DNA of 64,000 nucleotides from an uncultured Acidimicrobiales bacterium (GTDB lineage: Bacteria; Actinomycetota; Acidimicrobiia; Acidimicrobiales; SZUA-35), in NCBI GenBank assembly GCA_963723995.1, contig CAVRSZ010000001.1:1581410-1645409 (forward strand), read 5' to 3'. Under the pieces are notes generated by a model that was not told the origin of the DNA, did not search any database, and saw nothing but the letters and a program-made list of their open reading frames with translations. Below are positions 1-9,767 of this stretch, one piece after another. Made by a program: the position numbers and the translations under genes. The stretch's first letter is position 1. Each line of letters starts with the position of its first letter.

Positions 1-108
1 GTCATGATGCACACGGCCGGTGGTCGGTACACAACTCGGGCCCGGGGATTCCCACACAAGCACGGGCTGGACAGCGCGGCGCCTCGAAAGGGAGAGACCC
101 CGGAGCCG

Positions 109-1725
109 TCAGTCCCGGTCGAGGGGTCCGAGGGTGGCGGTCGGCTCGGGCATGACCAGTCGGCGGGCCCGGGGATCGTCGACATACCAGCTCTGACCGC
201 CGGGTAGCCGGCCGACCCGAAGGCCGAGTGAGCCGGCGGCCGGTGGTGCGGTCTGGGCCGTCCACGGAGCCACTTCGACCCCGTCGACCAGCAGACGGCT
301 GTCGCCGTTCTGATCGGTCCACTGCTCGACCTTGACCCACGCACGCCGTGGCCGAGAGCCTGGGCGCCGGAACCATCAACCGACTCCACCGCACCCGAAC
401 GGCGCCGCAGATCCCAGGTGCCGGCACCCACATAGGCGGCGTCGAACTGATCGGTCGGCGACTGACCGGCCCGAGTACCCGACGCCAGATCGACACCGGT
501 GACGGTCGAGGCCCACCACCAGGTCTCGAACACCGTGCCCGGTTCGTCGAGACCGGTGGCCACGGCCCAGGCGGCTGCTCCCGAGTCCGCCGTCTCGGGA
601 GCAGCCAGAGCAAAACCACCGGACCGAGACTGAACCCCGGACACAGTCCACGGCCCCGGGACATCGGTCTGTTGCTGACCGACCGTGACCGTGAGGGCCT
701 GATCGGCCACGGTGGAGTAACGCAGCGAGACCTCGGTCGCGGTCGGGGCCAGGTGCCCGATCTCGACATGGTCGATCTCACCATCAAGACCCGCCGGTCC
801 CCGTCGACCGATTACCGAGGATCACATCGGTGGAGGTGTCGGTACTCAACGAACCGGAAGCCGCGGCAGTGTCCACCTCCGACCCGTCCACATACAGCCG
901 TACCGTCGAGCCATCCCAGGCGACGGCAACATGATGCCACGTGCCGGTGCTGACGACGCCACCCTGGACGGCGACCGGGCCGCCACCAACACCGAGGGCG
1001 GCCACGGCCTGGCCCGGTGCCGTCGACCCCGAGTTCAAAGACCGGATCGCCGCCCGAGGTCCGCTTCGACACCACAGAGTCGGTTCCGCCAAGGGCTGGC
1101 GGGACGAATCCAGGCACCGACGCTCAAGCTCGGCGTCGGTGACGTCAAGCGCCGGACCCCGCAGCAGGTCGCCGCCGCCGTTGAAGGTGATGAGCCGAAC
1201 CGGCTGTCCCAGCGATAGCCGCCGAAGCCGGATCCAAGCCACCCTCGGCGAACAGGTCGCTACGCCGAACCGAGGCGTCGACCACGAGATCAGCGAACGC
1301 CACCACGGTGACCACAGCCGAGAACTCGGAGCTGGCCCCATAGGAGCCGCCCCCCAGATCCTCGGTGGCGGTGGCGCTCAACAGCATCACCGGCGAACAC
1401 CGCAGGAACCGCAACCACAAACGATTCAGGACCCGAGCCGGTGTGGGTCACGATCTGGGCCGCCGCCAAGCTCTCACCCTCGCCATAACCCGAGGGATCG
1501 GCCCCCTCGGTCGGGTTGGCGAACACCTCGATCCGGTAGTCCCCGGCCGGCACATCCAACTCGACGTCCAAGGTGGTGTCCCCCGAAACCGGAGCAGTAG
1601 AACCGGATGATTCAACAATCCATTGGCCCCGGCGTCGCCATCACCGGCATCATTGGCCGTGACACCGTCGTCGATCCAGCCCGATCCCCAGACTCTCCGT
1701 TGCCGGTGATGGTGTTGCCGAGGAT
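109..1725 (-). repeat. Copy 1 of a ~1.6 kb segmental duplication (C-terminal Ig-like + LamG/ConA-like module), frame-decayed
   Basis: Aligns base-for-base with 15357..16965; I count 5 substitutions in the first ~220 nt after the stop codon. It carries a 2-nt length difference near 340..350. Further indels near ~790, ~1020, ~1125, ~1195, ~1370, ~1600 and ~1690 break the frame that copy 2 keeps intact. Confidence 0.8.
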
Positions 1726-3306
1726 CGCGTTGTCGGCGGCGGAGGCACCGGATACGACAAGGCCGAAGAAGCCGTTGGCTGAGATGGTGTTGCCTTCTCC
1801 GACTCCGGCACCTCCGACCAGCGTCCCCACGGTGTTGGAAAGGTAGACGCCGGCGTGGGTCGAGCTCTCGGTGCCGTTGGGAACGGCCCCGCTCTTGGCG
1901 GAATCGAGACCGACGATGTTGTTCTGGATGATGTTCCCGGTCCCGTTGGGTCCAAAGGCGTAGATGCCGTACCACGGGTTGCCGGAAATCACATTGCCGG
2001 CCGAAGGCGTGCCGATGACCGTGTTTGAGGTGTCGAGGAGGTAGACGCCGGTCTGCTGGTACTGCGGGGTTCCGTCGTAGGGAACGGCGGCCGTACCCGT
2101 GCGATCCACTCCGATGTGGTTGTTGATGATCTGGGTCCCACCCGAGGTGACGGCCGCCCCGTCGGACCAGTCGTCGATGGCGATCCCCCGCTGGCGGTTC
2201 CCGGAGATGATATTGCGGTCGGCGGCCGAGATGCCACCGATGACGTTGCCGGGCGACTGGTCGACCAGCACACCCTGGATGATGTTGCCGACTCCACCGG
2301 TCACGCCGTCGATGCTTGTACCGATGTAGTTGCCGGCGATGGTGTTGGCCGAGCCACCGGTGATGGCGATGCCGGAGCCGAACCGATTGACCACAAACCC
2401 ACGCACCTCACCGTTGGTCCCGGCCAACTCGAGCCCGGTACCGCCGACCCCCGACCCGTTCAGCTCGAGTTCCGGGCCCAGAGCGTTGGGATTGATGATG
2501 GTGGAGCCGTCGGCCGCATCGTAGGCGATGGCATCGAGGATGGTGTCGGCATCGGTCACCACCGGGAGAGAGACGGTGGGGGCCAGGCTCCACCAGATGT
2601 TGCCACCGCCGTCGGAGCCGTTGGCGGCGACCGCCGGGACAAACCGCATGGTGTTGGGACCGGTGATGGCGTTGGCGTTGTCGATGAAGCGACGCAACGA
2701 ACCCTGAGCGGAGGTGGCGTCCGCTCCTTGGAGGTTGGTGACCACATTGAACGAGAAGCCGAAGTCGACATCCTCGATGTACACCCCAGTGCTCAGATCC
2801 AGTCTGGCCAGGTGCTCGGCGGTGCCGGCGTCGGTCTGATCGTCGGAGACCGCCCCCTGTTTGCCTCCGAAGAGCGGACCGGCGGCGACGGCGTACGAAT
2901 AGGAACCGTCGAAGGTGGCGGCGCCGGCCGGGCCGTAGGTCTGCTCGGCCCAACCGCTGCCACCGGCTGATGGAGTGACGGTGGCCGAATCGATTGCGAC
3001 GTAGTAGGTCCCGTCGGGAAGGCCTTCGAAGAAATACCTGCCGGTGGGGCCGCTGACCTTGGTGTCGAAAAGGGTGTCGGTGGTATCGGGCTCGCCGGTG
3101 ACGGTGCCGTCGTCCCGGTAGAGGTTGACGGTGACGCCGGGGACGCCGGGGTCGTTGGCGTCGGTGGGGGAACTGCCCGGCGGCGAGGGCGTCACCATCG
3201 ATGTCGTCGAACACGGTGCCCTCGAGCGACGGCGGGTTGGCGGGCGGCACCGCGAAGGCGAGCGCCCCGTAGGCCGCTCCGTTATCGATGCTGCGGCCGG
3301 CGTCAA
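1612..3306 (-). CDS. Adhesin A fragment 6: Cna-B-like domain + beta-helix cassette (in frame ~1690..3166)
   Basis: Contains TVNLYRDDGTVTGEPDTTDTLFDTKVSGPTGRYFFEGLPDGTYYVAIDSATVTP (SdrD/Cna-B-like) and QGSLRRFIDNANAITGPNTMRFVP, followed by PbH1-type repeats (GNYIGT, ISGN, IINNHIG). The first ~45 and last ~30 residues of the ORF are off-frame. Confidence 0.6.
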   Translation of the reverse strand: MTPAAASITERPTGRSPSRCRPPTRRRSRAPCSTTSMVTPSPPGSSPTDANDPGVPGVTVNLYRDDGTVTGEPDTTDTLFDTKVSGPTGRYFFEGLPDGTYYVAIDSATVTPSAGGSGWAEQTYGPAGAATFDGSYSYAVAAGPLFGGKQGAVSDDQTDAGTAEHLARLDLSTGVYIEDVDFGFSFNVVTNLQGADATSAQGSLRRFIDNANAITGPNTMRFVPAVAANGSDGGGNIWWSLAPTVSLPVVTDADTILDAIAYDAADGSTIINPNALGPELELNGSGVGGTGLELAGTNGEVRGFVVNRFGSGIAITGGSANTIAGNYIGTSIDGVTGGVGNIIQGVLVDQSPGNVIGGISAADRNIISGNRQRGIAIDDWSDGAAVTSGGTQIINNHIGVDRTGTAAVPYDGTPQYQQTGVYLLDTSNTVIGTPSAGNVISGNPWYGIYAFGPNGTGNIIQNNIVGLDSAKSGAVPNGTESSTHAGVYLSNTVGTLVGGAGVGEGNTISANGFFGLVVSGASAADNAILGNTITGNGESGDRAGSTTVSRPMMPVMATPGPMDC

Positions 3307-3634
3307 GCGCTCCCGACGTTGTCGTCACCTGGTACAGCGCACCTGGATCGATCCCCCACAGCTGGCCGGTGGAGTCGAACGAGATGTCGGTGAGGGACTG
3401 CGCCAACGAGCCAATCACCAGAGCATTGCCATTGCCGGTGCGAACGGACACCAGGTAATCGATCCCGGCCCCGTCGGACACAACCCCGTAGAGCTGCCAG
3501 TCGGTCGGGTCGATGGCCAGCCCGGTGTAGTCGGTGGCGCCGCCGTGCTGACGAAGCTTGATGTAGTCGACACCGGCACCGAAACGCGTCGGGAATGTGG
3601 GCGCCCGTGACGGGGTCGATCTGGAACAGCACAT
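2408..3634 (-). CDS. Adhesin A fragment 5 (in frame only ~3170..3605)
   Basis: The stretch PTFPTRFGAGVDYIKLRQHGGATDYTGLAIDP...EGTVFDDIDGDALAAGQFP looks protein-like. The frame is lost at the G5 run 3166..3170, where removing one base gives QFPTDANDPGVPGVTVNLYRDDG in the next ORF. Confidence 0.5.
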   Translation of the reverse strand: MCCSRSTPSRAPTFPTRFGAGVDYIKLRQHGGATDYTGLAIDPTDWQLYGVVSDGAGIDYLVSVRTGNGNALVIGSLAQSLTDISFDSTGQLWGIDPGALYQVTTTSGALDAGRSIDNGAAYGALAFAVPPANPPSLEGTVFDDIDGDALAAGQFPHRRQRPRRPRRHRQPLPGRRHRHRRARYHRHPFRHQGQRPHRQVFLRRPSRRDLLRRNRFGHRHSISRWQRLGRADLRPGRRRHLRRFLFVRRRRRSALRRQTGGGLRRSDRRRHRRAPGQTGSEHWGVHRGCRLRLLVQCGHQPPRSGRHLRSGFVASLHRQRQRHHRSQHHAVCPGGRRQRLRRRWQHLVEPGPHRLSPGGDRCRHHPRCHRLRCGRRLHHHQSQRSGPGTRAERVGGRRYRARVGRDQR

Positions 3635-3809
3635 CGATCAGACCGGGCCGGACATGCACGGCCCAGATGACCCCGGTAAGCGGATGGAACGCCAGACCCG
3701 GCACATTGTCGAAGGTTACGGCACCGTATTCACCGTTGCCGGTGCCGAGGCCGGGGCCGAAGGGCGAGAACACACCGGAGCTCGACATCGAGGGTGCCGA
3801 GTTGATCAC
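3303..3809 (-). CDS. Adhesin A fragment 4 (in frame only ~3605..3780)
   Basis: SSGVFSPFGPGLGTGNGEYGAVTFDNVPGLAFHPLTGVIWAVHVRPGLIDVLFQIDPVTGA continues ...LYAADGDQLGTLDV of the 2002-codon ORF. The Arg-rich tail after ~3605 is out of frame. Confidence 0.5.
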   Translation of the reverse strand: MINSAPSMSSSGVFSPFGPGLGTGNGEYGAVTFDNVPGLAFHPLTGVIWAVHVRPGLIDVLFQIDPVTGAHIPDAFRCRCRLHQASSARRRHRLHRAGHRPDRLAALRGCVRRGRDRLPGVRSHRQWQCSGDWLVGAVPHRHLVRLHRPAVGDRSRCAVPGDDNVGSA

Positions 3810-6800
3810 CGTCGGCGGCGTAGAGAACGCCGGACAGCGGTTCGATGGCGGCGGCCTCGATCCCGGATGTGGCGGTCCCGGTGCCGATGTCGACCTCGTT
3901 GGTGACAGGATCGAAGCTCGCCGGGTCCACCGTGGTCGAGCAGATCGTCCCCTCCTCGATCCCTCCGGTCCCGGCCACCAGGTACGGATCCGACGACGCC
4001 ACGTCGGTGACGGTCCAGGCGAAGGTGTCGGTCACCGCCGGGTTGACACCGTCGGTGACACTGATCTCCACGCTGTAGGGGCTCGACGCCGCGGCGGCAT
4101 GGTTGATCATCCCGGAGACGAGCCCGCTGTCGGGGTCGATGGACAGCCCGAGCGGCAGGCCGGTTGCGGAGTAGACGAGCGTGTCGGCCGGATCGGGGTC
4201 GGTTGCCGCCGCCGACAGCGAGACCCACGAGGCCTCGGCATCGGAACGGTCGAGCAGGTCCTGGTCGAACACCGGCGGCCGGTTGGCGACGACGTTGGCC
4301 GAGAACTCCGATGTCTGCGACACCTTGGTGGCGGTGGCGGCGACGGCGTCGCCGGCGGCAAGGCCGGTGATGCCGGCGAGAGTCCAGTCGCCGGAGCCGT
4401 CGGCCGTTGTGGTCCCGACATGCTCGACACCTTCGCCGTAGTCGGTGCCGGCGCTGGTGTCGGAGCCGTCGCCGTCGGCCACCGCCCGGTAGACCTGAAC
4501 GGTGGCACCGGCACATGCCCGGCCGGTGACCGTGGTGGCAGAGGCGTCATCGATGATCGGAGTATCAAGACCCCCATTGCCGACACCGAGATCGGTCCCG
4601 CACGATGGAGGCGTCGCCGTGTTGGCCGTCACTCCGTCACCCAGCGTGGCCGTCGTGGCGGACAGGTCGATGGCGTTCCCTTCGTTGGCCCCGAACAGGT
4701 TCCGGTCCATGGCGATCTGACCGGCACCGCTCTTGACTACGACACCCGGTCCGGTGTTGCCGGTGATCGTGTTCGTGGTCAGGGTCGCCCCGGTCCCGTC
4801 GACGAGCACACCGGTGGCCCCACTCCCGGTCACCTGATTGTCGGTCATCGTCACCCCGGTAGCGACATAGAGACGCACACCAACGCTCCCATTGTCCTCA
4901 ACCAGGTTGCGATCGACGGCCAGCGTCGACGTTCCCAGGGTGACGAACACGCCATAGGTCCCGTTGAGACGCATGGTGTTGTCCGATACCGACGAACTGA
5001 CCGCACCAATCCACAGACCAACTGTGGAGTTGTTCTGGAAAAGGTTGCGGGTCACGGTGGAGGCGTTGATATCGCCGATGGCCGCCCCCTCGCTTGTGTT
5101 CCCGTCGAAGGTGTTGTCGGTGACGACGACGGTCGTCGGCGGATCGATTACCGACACGCCGGAGTCGCCATTGCCGACGAACCGATTCCGGGCAATGGTG
5201 AAGGAACCGGTGTTGTTGATCTGGATACCACCGCTCGTGCCGTTCGACTCGAAATGGCTGTCCTCCACGGCCCAATTCGGGAGCCCTACCCAGAACCGGG
5301 CGCCGGCGAAGGAGGTGTGAGCCACATGGCTGCGCCGAACCGTGCCATCCGACCAGTCGTCGGCGTAGAGGCCGGTGACCGAGGCCTCGGCCCCCGGATC
5401 GCCACCAACCGGGGTGGCACCGACCACGGCATCCTCGAGCAGGAAACCGGTGCGCGCCGTGTCGCCGGCATCGCCGCCGGCCTGGATGTCGCCATCAGCC
5501 GTGCTACCGAACCCCCAAATGGCCAGCCGCCGGATGGTGGTGTCGTCGGCATCGGTGTCGAGACCGCGCGGCAACCTCCCCGACACCACACCATCGGCGA
5601 TCTCCAACTCCGGCCCGGCCACTGCGGCGATCGAGACTTCATCACCGGTGCCCGGACGTCCATCAGCGCCGACACCCACCGACCCGGCGGTCCCCAACGT
5701 CGCAGTATTGGTGTCGAGCACCGAGGAGCCATCCGTGAAGTCGAACGCCGCCCCATCGATCGTGGTCGACCCATCGGTCAGCACCGGCAGAGCACTGGTC
5801 ACCGATACCCGCCACCACGAATTCCCCCCGCCATCGGTCGCACCGGCAGGCTCCGCCGGTACGAACCGCATGGTGTTGGCACCGGTGATGGCGTTGGCAT
5901 TCTGGATGAACTGGCGCAGCGATCCCTGAACCGTGCGATTGGCCCCGGTGTCATCATCCCGGCTGTCACCACCTTCGCTGGTGGTGACCACATTGAACGA
6001 GAACCCGAAGTCGACACCGGTCACGTCGGCGCCGGGGACGGAGACACTGGCGAGGTGTTCGGCACCGGAGTACCAGGTGGTCAGATCGTCGGAGACCCCG
6101 GCACGACGGCCGCCGTAGCAGGGCCCGGCCGGTGTGACCGCCACCGTCCCGCCCGATCCATTGGCGCAGAACCGGAAGCCCGGTCCGTAGGTCTGTTCCG
6201 CCCAAACATCACCGGGTAGCGCCGTCCCAGCCGCCGGTGTGACCGTCTTCAAGTCGACCACCACAAAGTACTTCCCGCTGCTCAGACCGGAGAAGGTGTA
6301 GGCGCCGCTCGGATCGGTCTGCAAAGTGCTGTGGAAGGTATCGGTCGCCTCGGCGATCCCATCCCCGTCGGTGTCAAGATAGAGGTGCACGTCGACGCTG
6401 CCGGCGCCTGGGTTGTTGGCATCGCCGATTGTGCCGTCGCTCAGGACGTCCCCGACGACGTCCTCGAAGACGGTTCCGGAGATCGAGTGGGTCACGGCCG
6501 ACGCCACCGTGATGGGCGCCGACAGCTCCGAGGTGGAGGCAAACCCGGCCGCTGCGCCGGAGTCGATTCGGGTGGCGGTGGCGGTGACGACATCACCGGC
6601 CGAGCCTGCGAATGTGTGCGTGATCCCGGTCCCGGGCCCTGCGGTGGTGGCGGAGAGGAAACTCTCCCCCTCCCCGTTTCCGGAGGCGTCCGCTCCAGAG
6701 GGATTGGAGAAGAACTCGACCCGATACTGCTCGGGATTGGCCGGTACATCCAGATCGAACGTCACGGTCACTGTCCCGGCCGATTCTTCAGCCGAGGTGA

Positions 6801-9738
6801 TGACCGGGAAGTTGAGCAGGTCGTTGGCACCGGAATCGCCGTCACCGGCGTCGTTGCCGGTGACACCGTCGTTGCCGAGATCGATGCCGAGCTGGCCGTT
6901 GGCGTAGATGTCGTTCCCGAGGATCGGGTTGAGGTTGGCCGAACTGTTCTGCACCATGACACCGTCCTCGGTATTGCGGGCGATGGTGTTGCCGGCCCCG
7001 GCCGCGGTCCCACCGATTCGGTGACCGTCCTCGGTGGTGACCCGTACCCCGTTCGTGCCGTTCCCCAGCGCCGTGGTTCCGTCGGCGCCGCCACCGATCA
7101 GGTTGCCCTCGATGATGGTGCCGGTGGTACCCGTGCCGGGACTGGCACCATCACTGATGATGATGCCGTCGTTGCCGTTGGCCGAGATGACATTGCCCTC
7201 ACCGGCCGCCGAGCCACCGACGATGGTGTTGTTCGCACCGGATTCGATCTGCACACCACGGTCATTGTTGGGCAGCGGGGCGTTGCCGGTGATGTCGACA
7301 CCAATGTAGTTGCCTTTGATGACATTGCCGGTGGTACCGGCGTTCTGCAGGTAGACGCCATCGGTGCCGTTGCCCGAAATCACGTTGCGGTGCCCGGCCG
7401 TGGCCCCACCGACCGTGGTCGTGTTGGCACCGTTGTAGAAGTAGATGCCGGCGCCACCGTTGCCCCGATCCAGAAGGCCGGTGGCGTCGGTGCCGATCAG
7501 ATTGCCCTCGATGCGGTTGTTGGCCGTGGCCGGGTTGGCGTTTCCGTCCAGCATGATGCCGTTGGTCGGGTTCCCCGAGATGATGTTGCCTTCACCGGCG
7601 CCGCTGCCACCGATGTCGGTGTTGTTCACGCCGTCATAGATCACCAGACCGTGGCGGGTGTTGGCCACGAGCGTGGACCCATCGGCACCCAGACCCATGA
7701 TGTTGGCCTGGATCACGTTGCCGGTCAGGTCGTTGTCGAGTTCGAGCCCGTCGTGACCGTTGCCGGAAAGTACGTTGCCGGCCCCGGGCTGGCCGATGAC
7801 GTTGTTGCTACTGGTGCCACCAAGGCTGATACCGTCCTGGCTGTTGGGGATCGAGAGCAGACCGGTCACGTCGGTGCCGATGTAGTTGCCGATGACGGTA
7901 TTGCCGTCGGACTGCCAGATCACGATGCCGTCGTTGCCGTTCCCGGAAATGACATTGCGATCAGCGGCGGAGGTGCCGCCGACGGTGGTGGGCCCGGATC
8001 CGGTGGTCAGATCGATGCCCCGGTCACCGTTCCCCCGATCCACGATCCCGGATGCGTCCAGCCCAAGGTGGTTGCCGGCGATGAGACCGCCGGAGGAGCC
8101 GTTTTGCACGAGGATGCCGTCCCCGCCGAAACGGCCAATGGCCAGTCCCCGGACCTCGACGTTGTCGCCGCTGATGCTCAGGCCGTTGCTGCCGCCACCG
8201 GCCAACGCTCCGTCCAGCTCCACGACCGGCGTGGTCGTCCAACCCGGTTGGGTTGTGCCATCAATTGTCATGGCCGTCGAGACGGTTGGAAGGGCCGAGC
8301 CGGGCGAGATCGTCCACACCCCACCGGAGTGACCCGACTCGGTGGCGGGCATTGCGAATCGGACGGTGTCGATCGTGGCCGAGGCGTTGGCCTCCTGGAT
8401 GGCAGCCCGCAGCGTACACGCCGGATCGCCCTCGGAGTTCGTGCCGCCCGTGTCACACACGTCATCGCCCGGTATGGCGTCCGATGCGTTGCCGGTGGAG
8501 TTGACCACGACGGCACTGGACACGACGGTTGCCGCGCTCGAGATCTCGGACGTCGACGCATAGCCACTTGAGGCTCCGGTGTCGATTCTGGTTGCAGTAG
8601 CCGTGACCACATCCCCGGCCGACCCAGCGAAGGTGTGAGTGAGCCCGGTGCCCGGAGATTTGGTGACGGCGGACAAGAATGTCTCCGCTTCGTAGTTGCC
8701 GGCTCCGTTGGCGCCGGAGGGGTTCGTGAAGAACTCCACCCGATACTGGTCGGGGTTGGCCGGCACGTCGAGATCGAAGTCGACCGTGACCGTACCGCCG
8801 GACTCGATCGCCGAGGTGATCACCGGATAGTTGAGAAGCCCGTTGGGCCCGGAGTCACCGTCACCGGGGTCGTTGCCGGTGACCCCGTCGAGGCCAAGAT
8901 CGATGCCGAGGCTGGTGTTGGAGTGGATGCCGTTCCCGATGACGGTGTTGTTGTTGCCGCTGTCGAGAACCACGCCCCGGTTGTTGTGGGCGATGGTGTT
9001 GCCCTCCCCGGGACCGTCGCCACCGATGAGGTTGTTCGACGATCCGTAGACCTCGTTGAAGATGCCGTGGCCGCCGTTGCCGAGCGTCCGGGTGGCGGTC
9101 GAGTCGGTTCCGATGTAGTTGCCTTGGATCACGGTGTCGTTGTTGTCGTTGATGGTGATGCCATCCTGCGTGTTCCCGGAAACGACGTTGCCGCTGCCGG
9201 CAGCACCGATGACCGTTCCCGACGATCCTCCCTCGAGTCGGATCCCGTCGTAGGCGTTGGGTAGCGCAGCGATCTGCGCCCCATTGGTACCGATGGTGTT
9301 GCGGAGGATCAAGGTGCCGGTGGATCCGGTGTCGAACACGTAGACGCCGTGGACGTCGTTGCCCGAGATCAGGTTGTCGAGGATCTGGGTGTCCGGTGCG
9401 TTGTCAACCCGGACGCCGTGGAGGTTGTTGGCGATGGGGGCTGTGCCGGCGGAGTTGGTGCCGACCTTGTTGTGGCGGACGATGTTGCCGTCGGTGGAGG
9501 CTCCGGTGACCATGATGCCGGCGTCACCGGTGCCGTTACCGGACACGACATTGCCATGCGAGGCGGTTGGGCCACCGATGGTGTTGGCGTTGGCACCACT
9601 GTGGATGTACAGGCCGTAGCGGCCATTGCCCAGCGCCCCGGCACCGTCGGCGGTCACGCCGACATGGTTGCCGGACAGAGTGTTGGCGGTGGCACTTGAC
9701 GTGTAGATGTAGAAGCCGTCCAGGGTGTTGCCCGACAC
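3730..9738 (-). CDS. Adhesin A fragment 3 (2002 codons): repeated beta-helix / Ig-like cassettes, Cna-B/SdrD-like and cadherin-like domains
   Basis: Blocks of PbH1-type parallel beta-helix repeats (GN.I.GN..G) are each followed by GIDLG.DGVTGND.GDGDSG.N.LLN.PVITSA plus an Ig-like sandwich (QYRVEFF.NPSGA ... ATATRID). Also present: SGTVFEDV...YTFSGLSSGKYFVVVD (SdrD/Cna-B-like) and PPVFDQD...YSATGLPLGLSIDPDSGLVSG (cadherin/Ig-like). It joins the upstream frame through a +1 at the C run 9800..9802 (LYG|INIKTTGNIVGG). It leaves frame near ~3780. Confidence 0.75.
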   Translation of the reverse strand: MSGNTLDGFYIYTSSATANTLSGNHVGVTADGAGALGNGRYGLYIHSGANANTIGGPTASHGNVVSGNGTGDAGIMVTGASTDGNIVRHNKVGTNSAGTAPIANNLHGVRVDNAPDTQILDNLISGNDVHGVYVFDTGSTGTLILRNTIGTNGAQIAALPNAYDGIRLEGGSSGTVIGAAGSGNVVSGNTQDGITINDNNDTVIQGNYIGTDSTATRTLGNGGHGIFNEVYGSSNNLIGGDGPGEGNTIAHNNRGVVLDSGNNNTVIGNGIHSNTSLGIDLGLDGVTGNDPGDGDSGPNGLLNYPVITSAIESGGTVTVDFDLDVPANPDQYRVEFFTNPSGANGAGNYEAETFLSAVTKSPGTGLTHTFAGSAGDVVTATATRIDTGASSGYASTSEISSAATVVSSAVVVNSTGNASDAIPGDDVCDTGGTNSEGDPACTLRAAIQEANASATIDTVRFAMPATESGHSGGVWTISPGSALPTVSTAMTIDGTTQPGWTTTPVVELDGALAGGGSNGLSISGDNVEVRGLAIGRFGGDGILVQNGSSGGLIAGNHLGLDASGIVDRGNGDRGIDLTTGSGPTTVGGTSAADRNVISGNGNDGIVIWQSDGNTVIGNYIGTDVTGLLSIPNSQDGISLGGTSSNNVIGQPGAGNVLSGNGHDGLELDNDLTGNVIQANIMGLGADGSTLVANTRHGLVIYDGVNNTDIGGSGAGEGNIISGNPTNGIMLDGNANPATANNRIEGNLIGTDATGLLDRGNGGAGIYFYNGANTTTVGGATAGHRNVISGNGTDGVYLQNAGTTGNVIKGNYIGVDITGNAPLPNNDRGVQIESGANNTIVGGSAAGEGNVISANGNDGIIISDGASPGTGTTGTIIEGNLIGGGADGTTALGNGTNGVRVTTEDGHRIGGTAAGAGNTIARNTEDGVMVQNSSANLNPILGNDIYANGQLGIDLGNDGVTGNDAGDGDSGANDLLNFPVITSAEESAGTVTVTFDLDVPANPEQYRVEFFSNPSGADASGNGEGESFLSATTAGPGTGITHTFAGSAGDVVTATATRIDSGAAAGFASTSELSAPITVASAVTHSISGTVFEDVVGDVLSDGTIGDANNPGAGSVDVHLYLDTDGDGIAEATDTFHSTLQTDPSGAYTFSGLSSGKYFVVVDLKTVTPAAGTALPGDVWAEQTYGPGFRFCANGSGGTVAVTPAGPCYGGRRAGVSDDLTTWYSGAEHLASVSVPGADVTGVDFGFSFNVVTTSEGGDSRDDDTGANRTVQGSLRQFIQNANAITGANTMRFVPAEPAGATDGGGNSWWRVSVTSALPVLTDGSTTIDGAAFDFTDGSSVLDTNTATLGTAGSVGVGADGRPGTGDEVSIAAVAGPELEIADGVVSGRLPRGLDTDADDTTIRRLAIWGFGSTADGDIQAGGDAGDTARTGFLLEDAVVGATPVGGDPGAEASVTGLYADDWSDGTVRRSHVAHTSFAGARFWVGLPNWAVEDSHFESNGTSGGIQINNTGSFTIARNRFVGNGDSGVSVIDPPTTVVVTDNTFDGNTSEGAAIGDINASTVTRNLFQNNSTVGLWIGAVSSSVSDNTMRLNGTYGVFVTLGTSTLAVDRNLVEDNGSVGVRLYVATGVTMTDNQVTGSGATGVLVDGTGATLTTNTITGNTGPGVVVKSGAGQIAMDRNLFGANEGNAIDLSATTATLGDGVTANTATPPSCGTDLGVGNGGLDTPIIDDASATTVTGRACAGATVQVYRAVADGDGSDTSAGTDYGEGVEHVGTTTADGSGDWTLAGITGLAAGDAVAATATKVSQTSEFSANVVANRPPVFDQDLLDRSDAEASWVSLSAAATDPDPADTLVYSATGLPLGLSIDPDSGLVSGMINHAAAASSPYSVEISVTDGVNPAVTDTFAWTVTDVASSDPYLVAGTGGIEEGTICSTTVDPASFDPVTNEVDIGTGTATSGIEAAAIEPLSGVLYAADGDQLGTLDVELRCVLALRPRPRHRQR

Positions 9739-9767
9739 GACGTTGCGGTCGGCGGCGGTGGTCCCGC

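Noticed and set aside
2-787. A 261-codon minus-strand ORF, and its paralogue 15599..16033.
   Set aside because: It is an off-frame reading of the LamG-module duplication (MMVRSTMSRSGTWPRP... in both copies), and the in-frame reading gives the conserved adhesin C-terminus.
3595-6219. Very long plus-strand ORFs opposite the giant genes and other real genes: 3595..6219, 6331..8571, 11064..12851, 18075..19847, 21519..23324, 25870..27615, 31503..33416, 48652..50316, 58645..60408.
   Set aside because: Their products are Arg/Gly/Pro/Asp-rich, low in complexity and lack recognisable motifs. They lie antisense to frames with clear domain signatures. Such shadow ORFs are expected in high-GC DNA.
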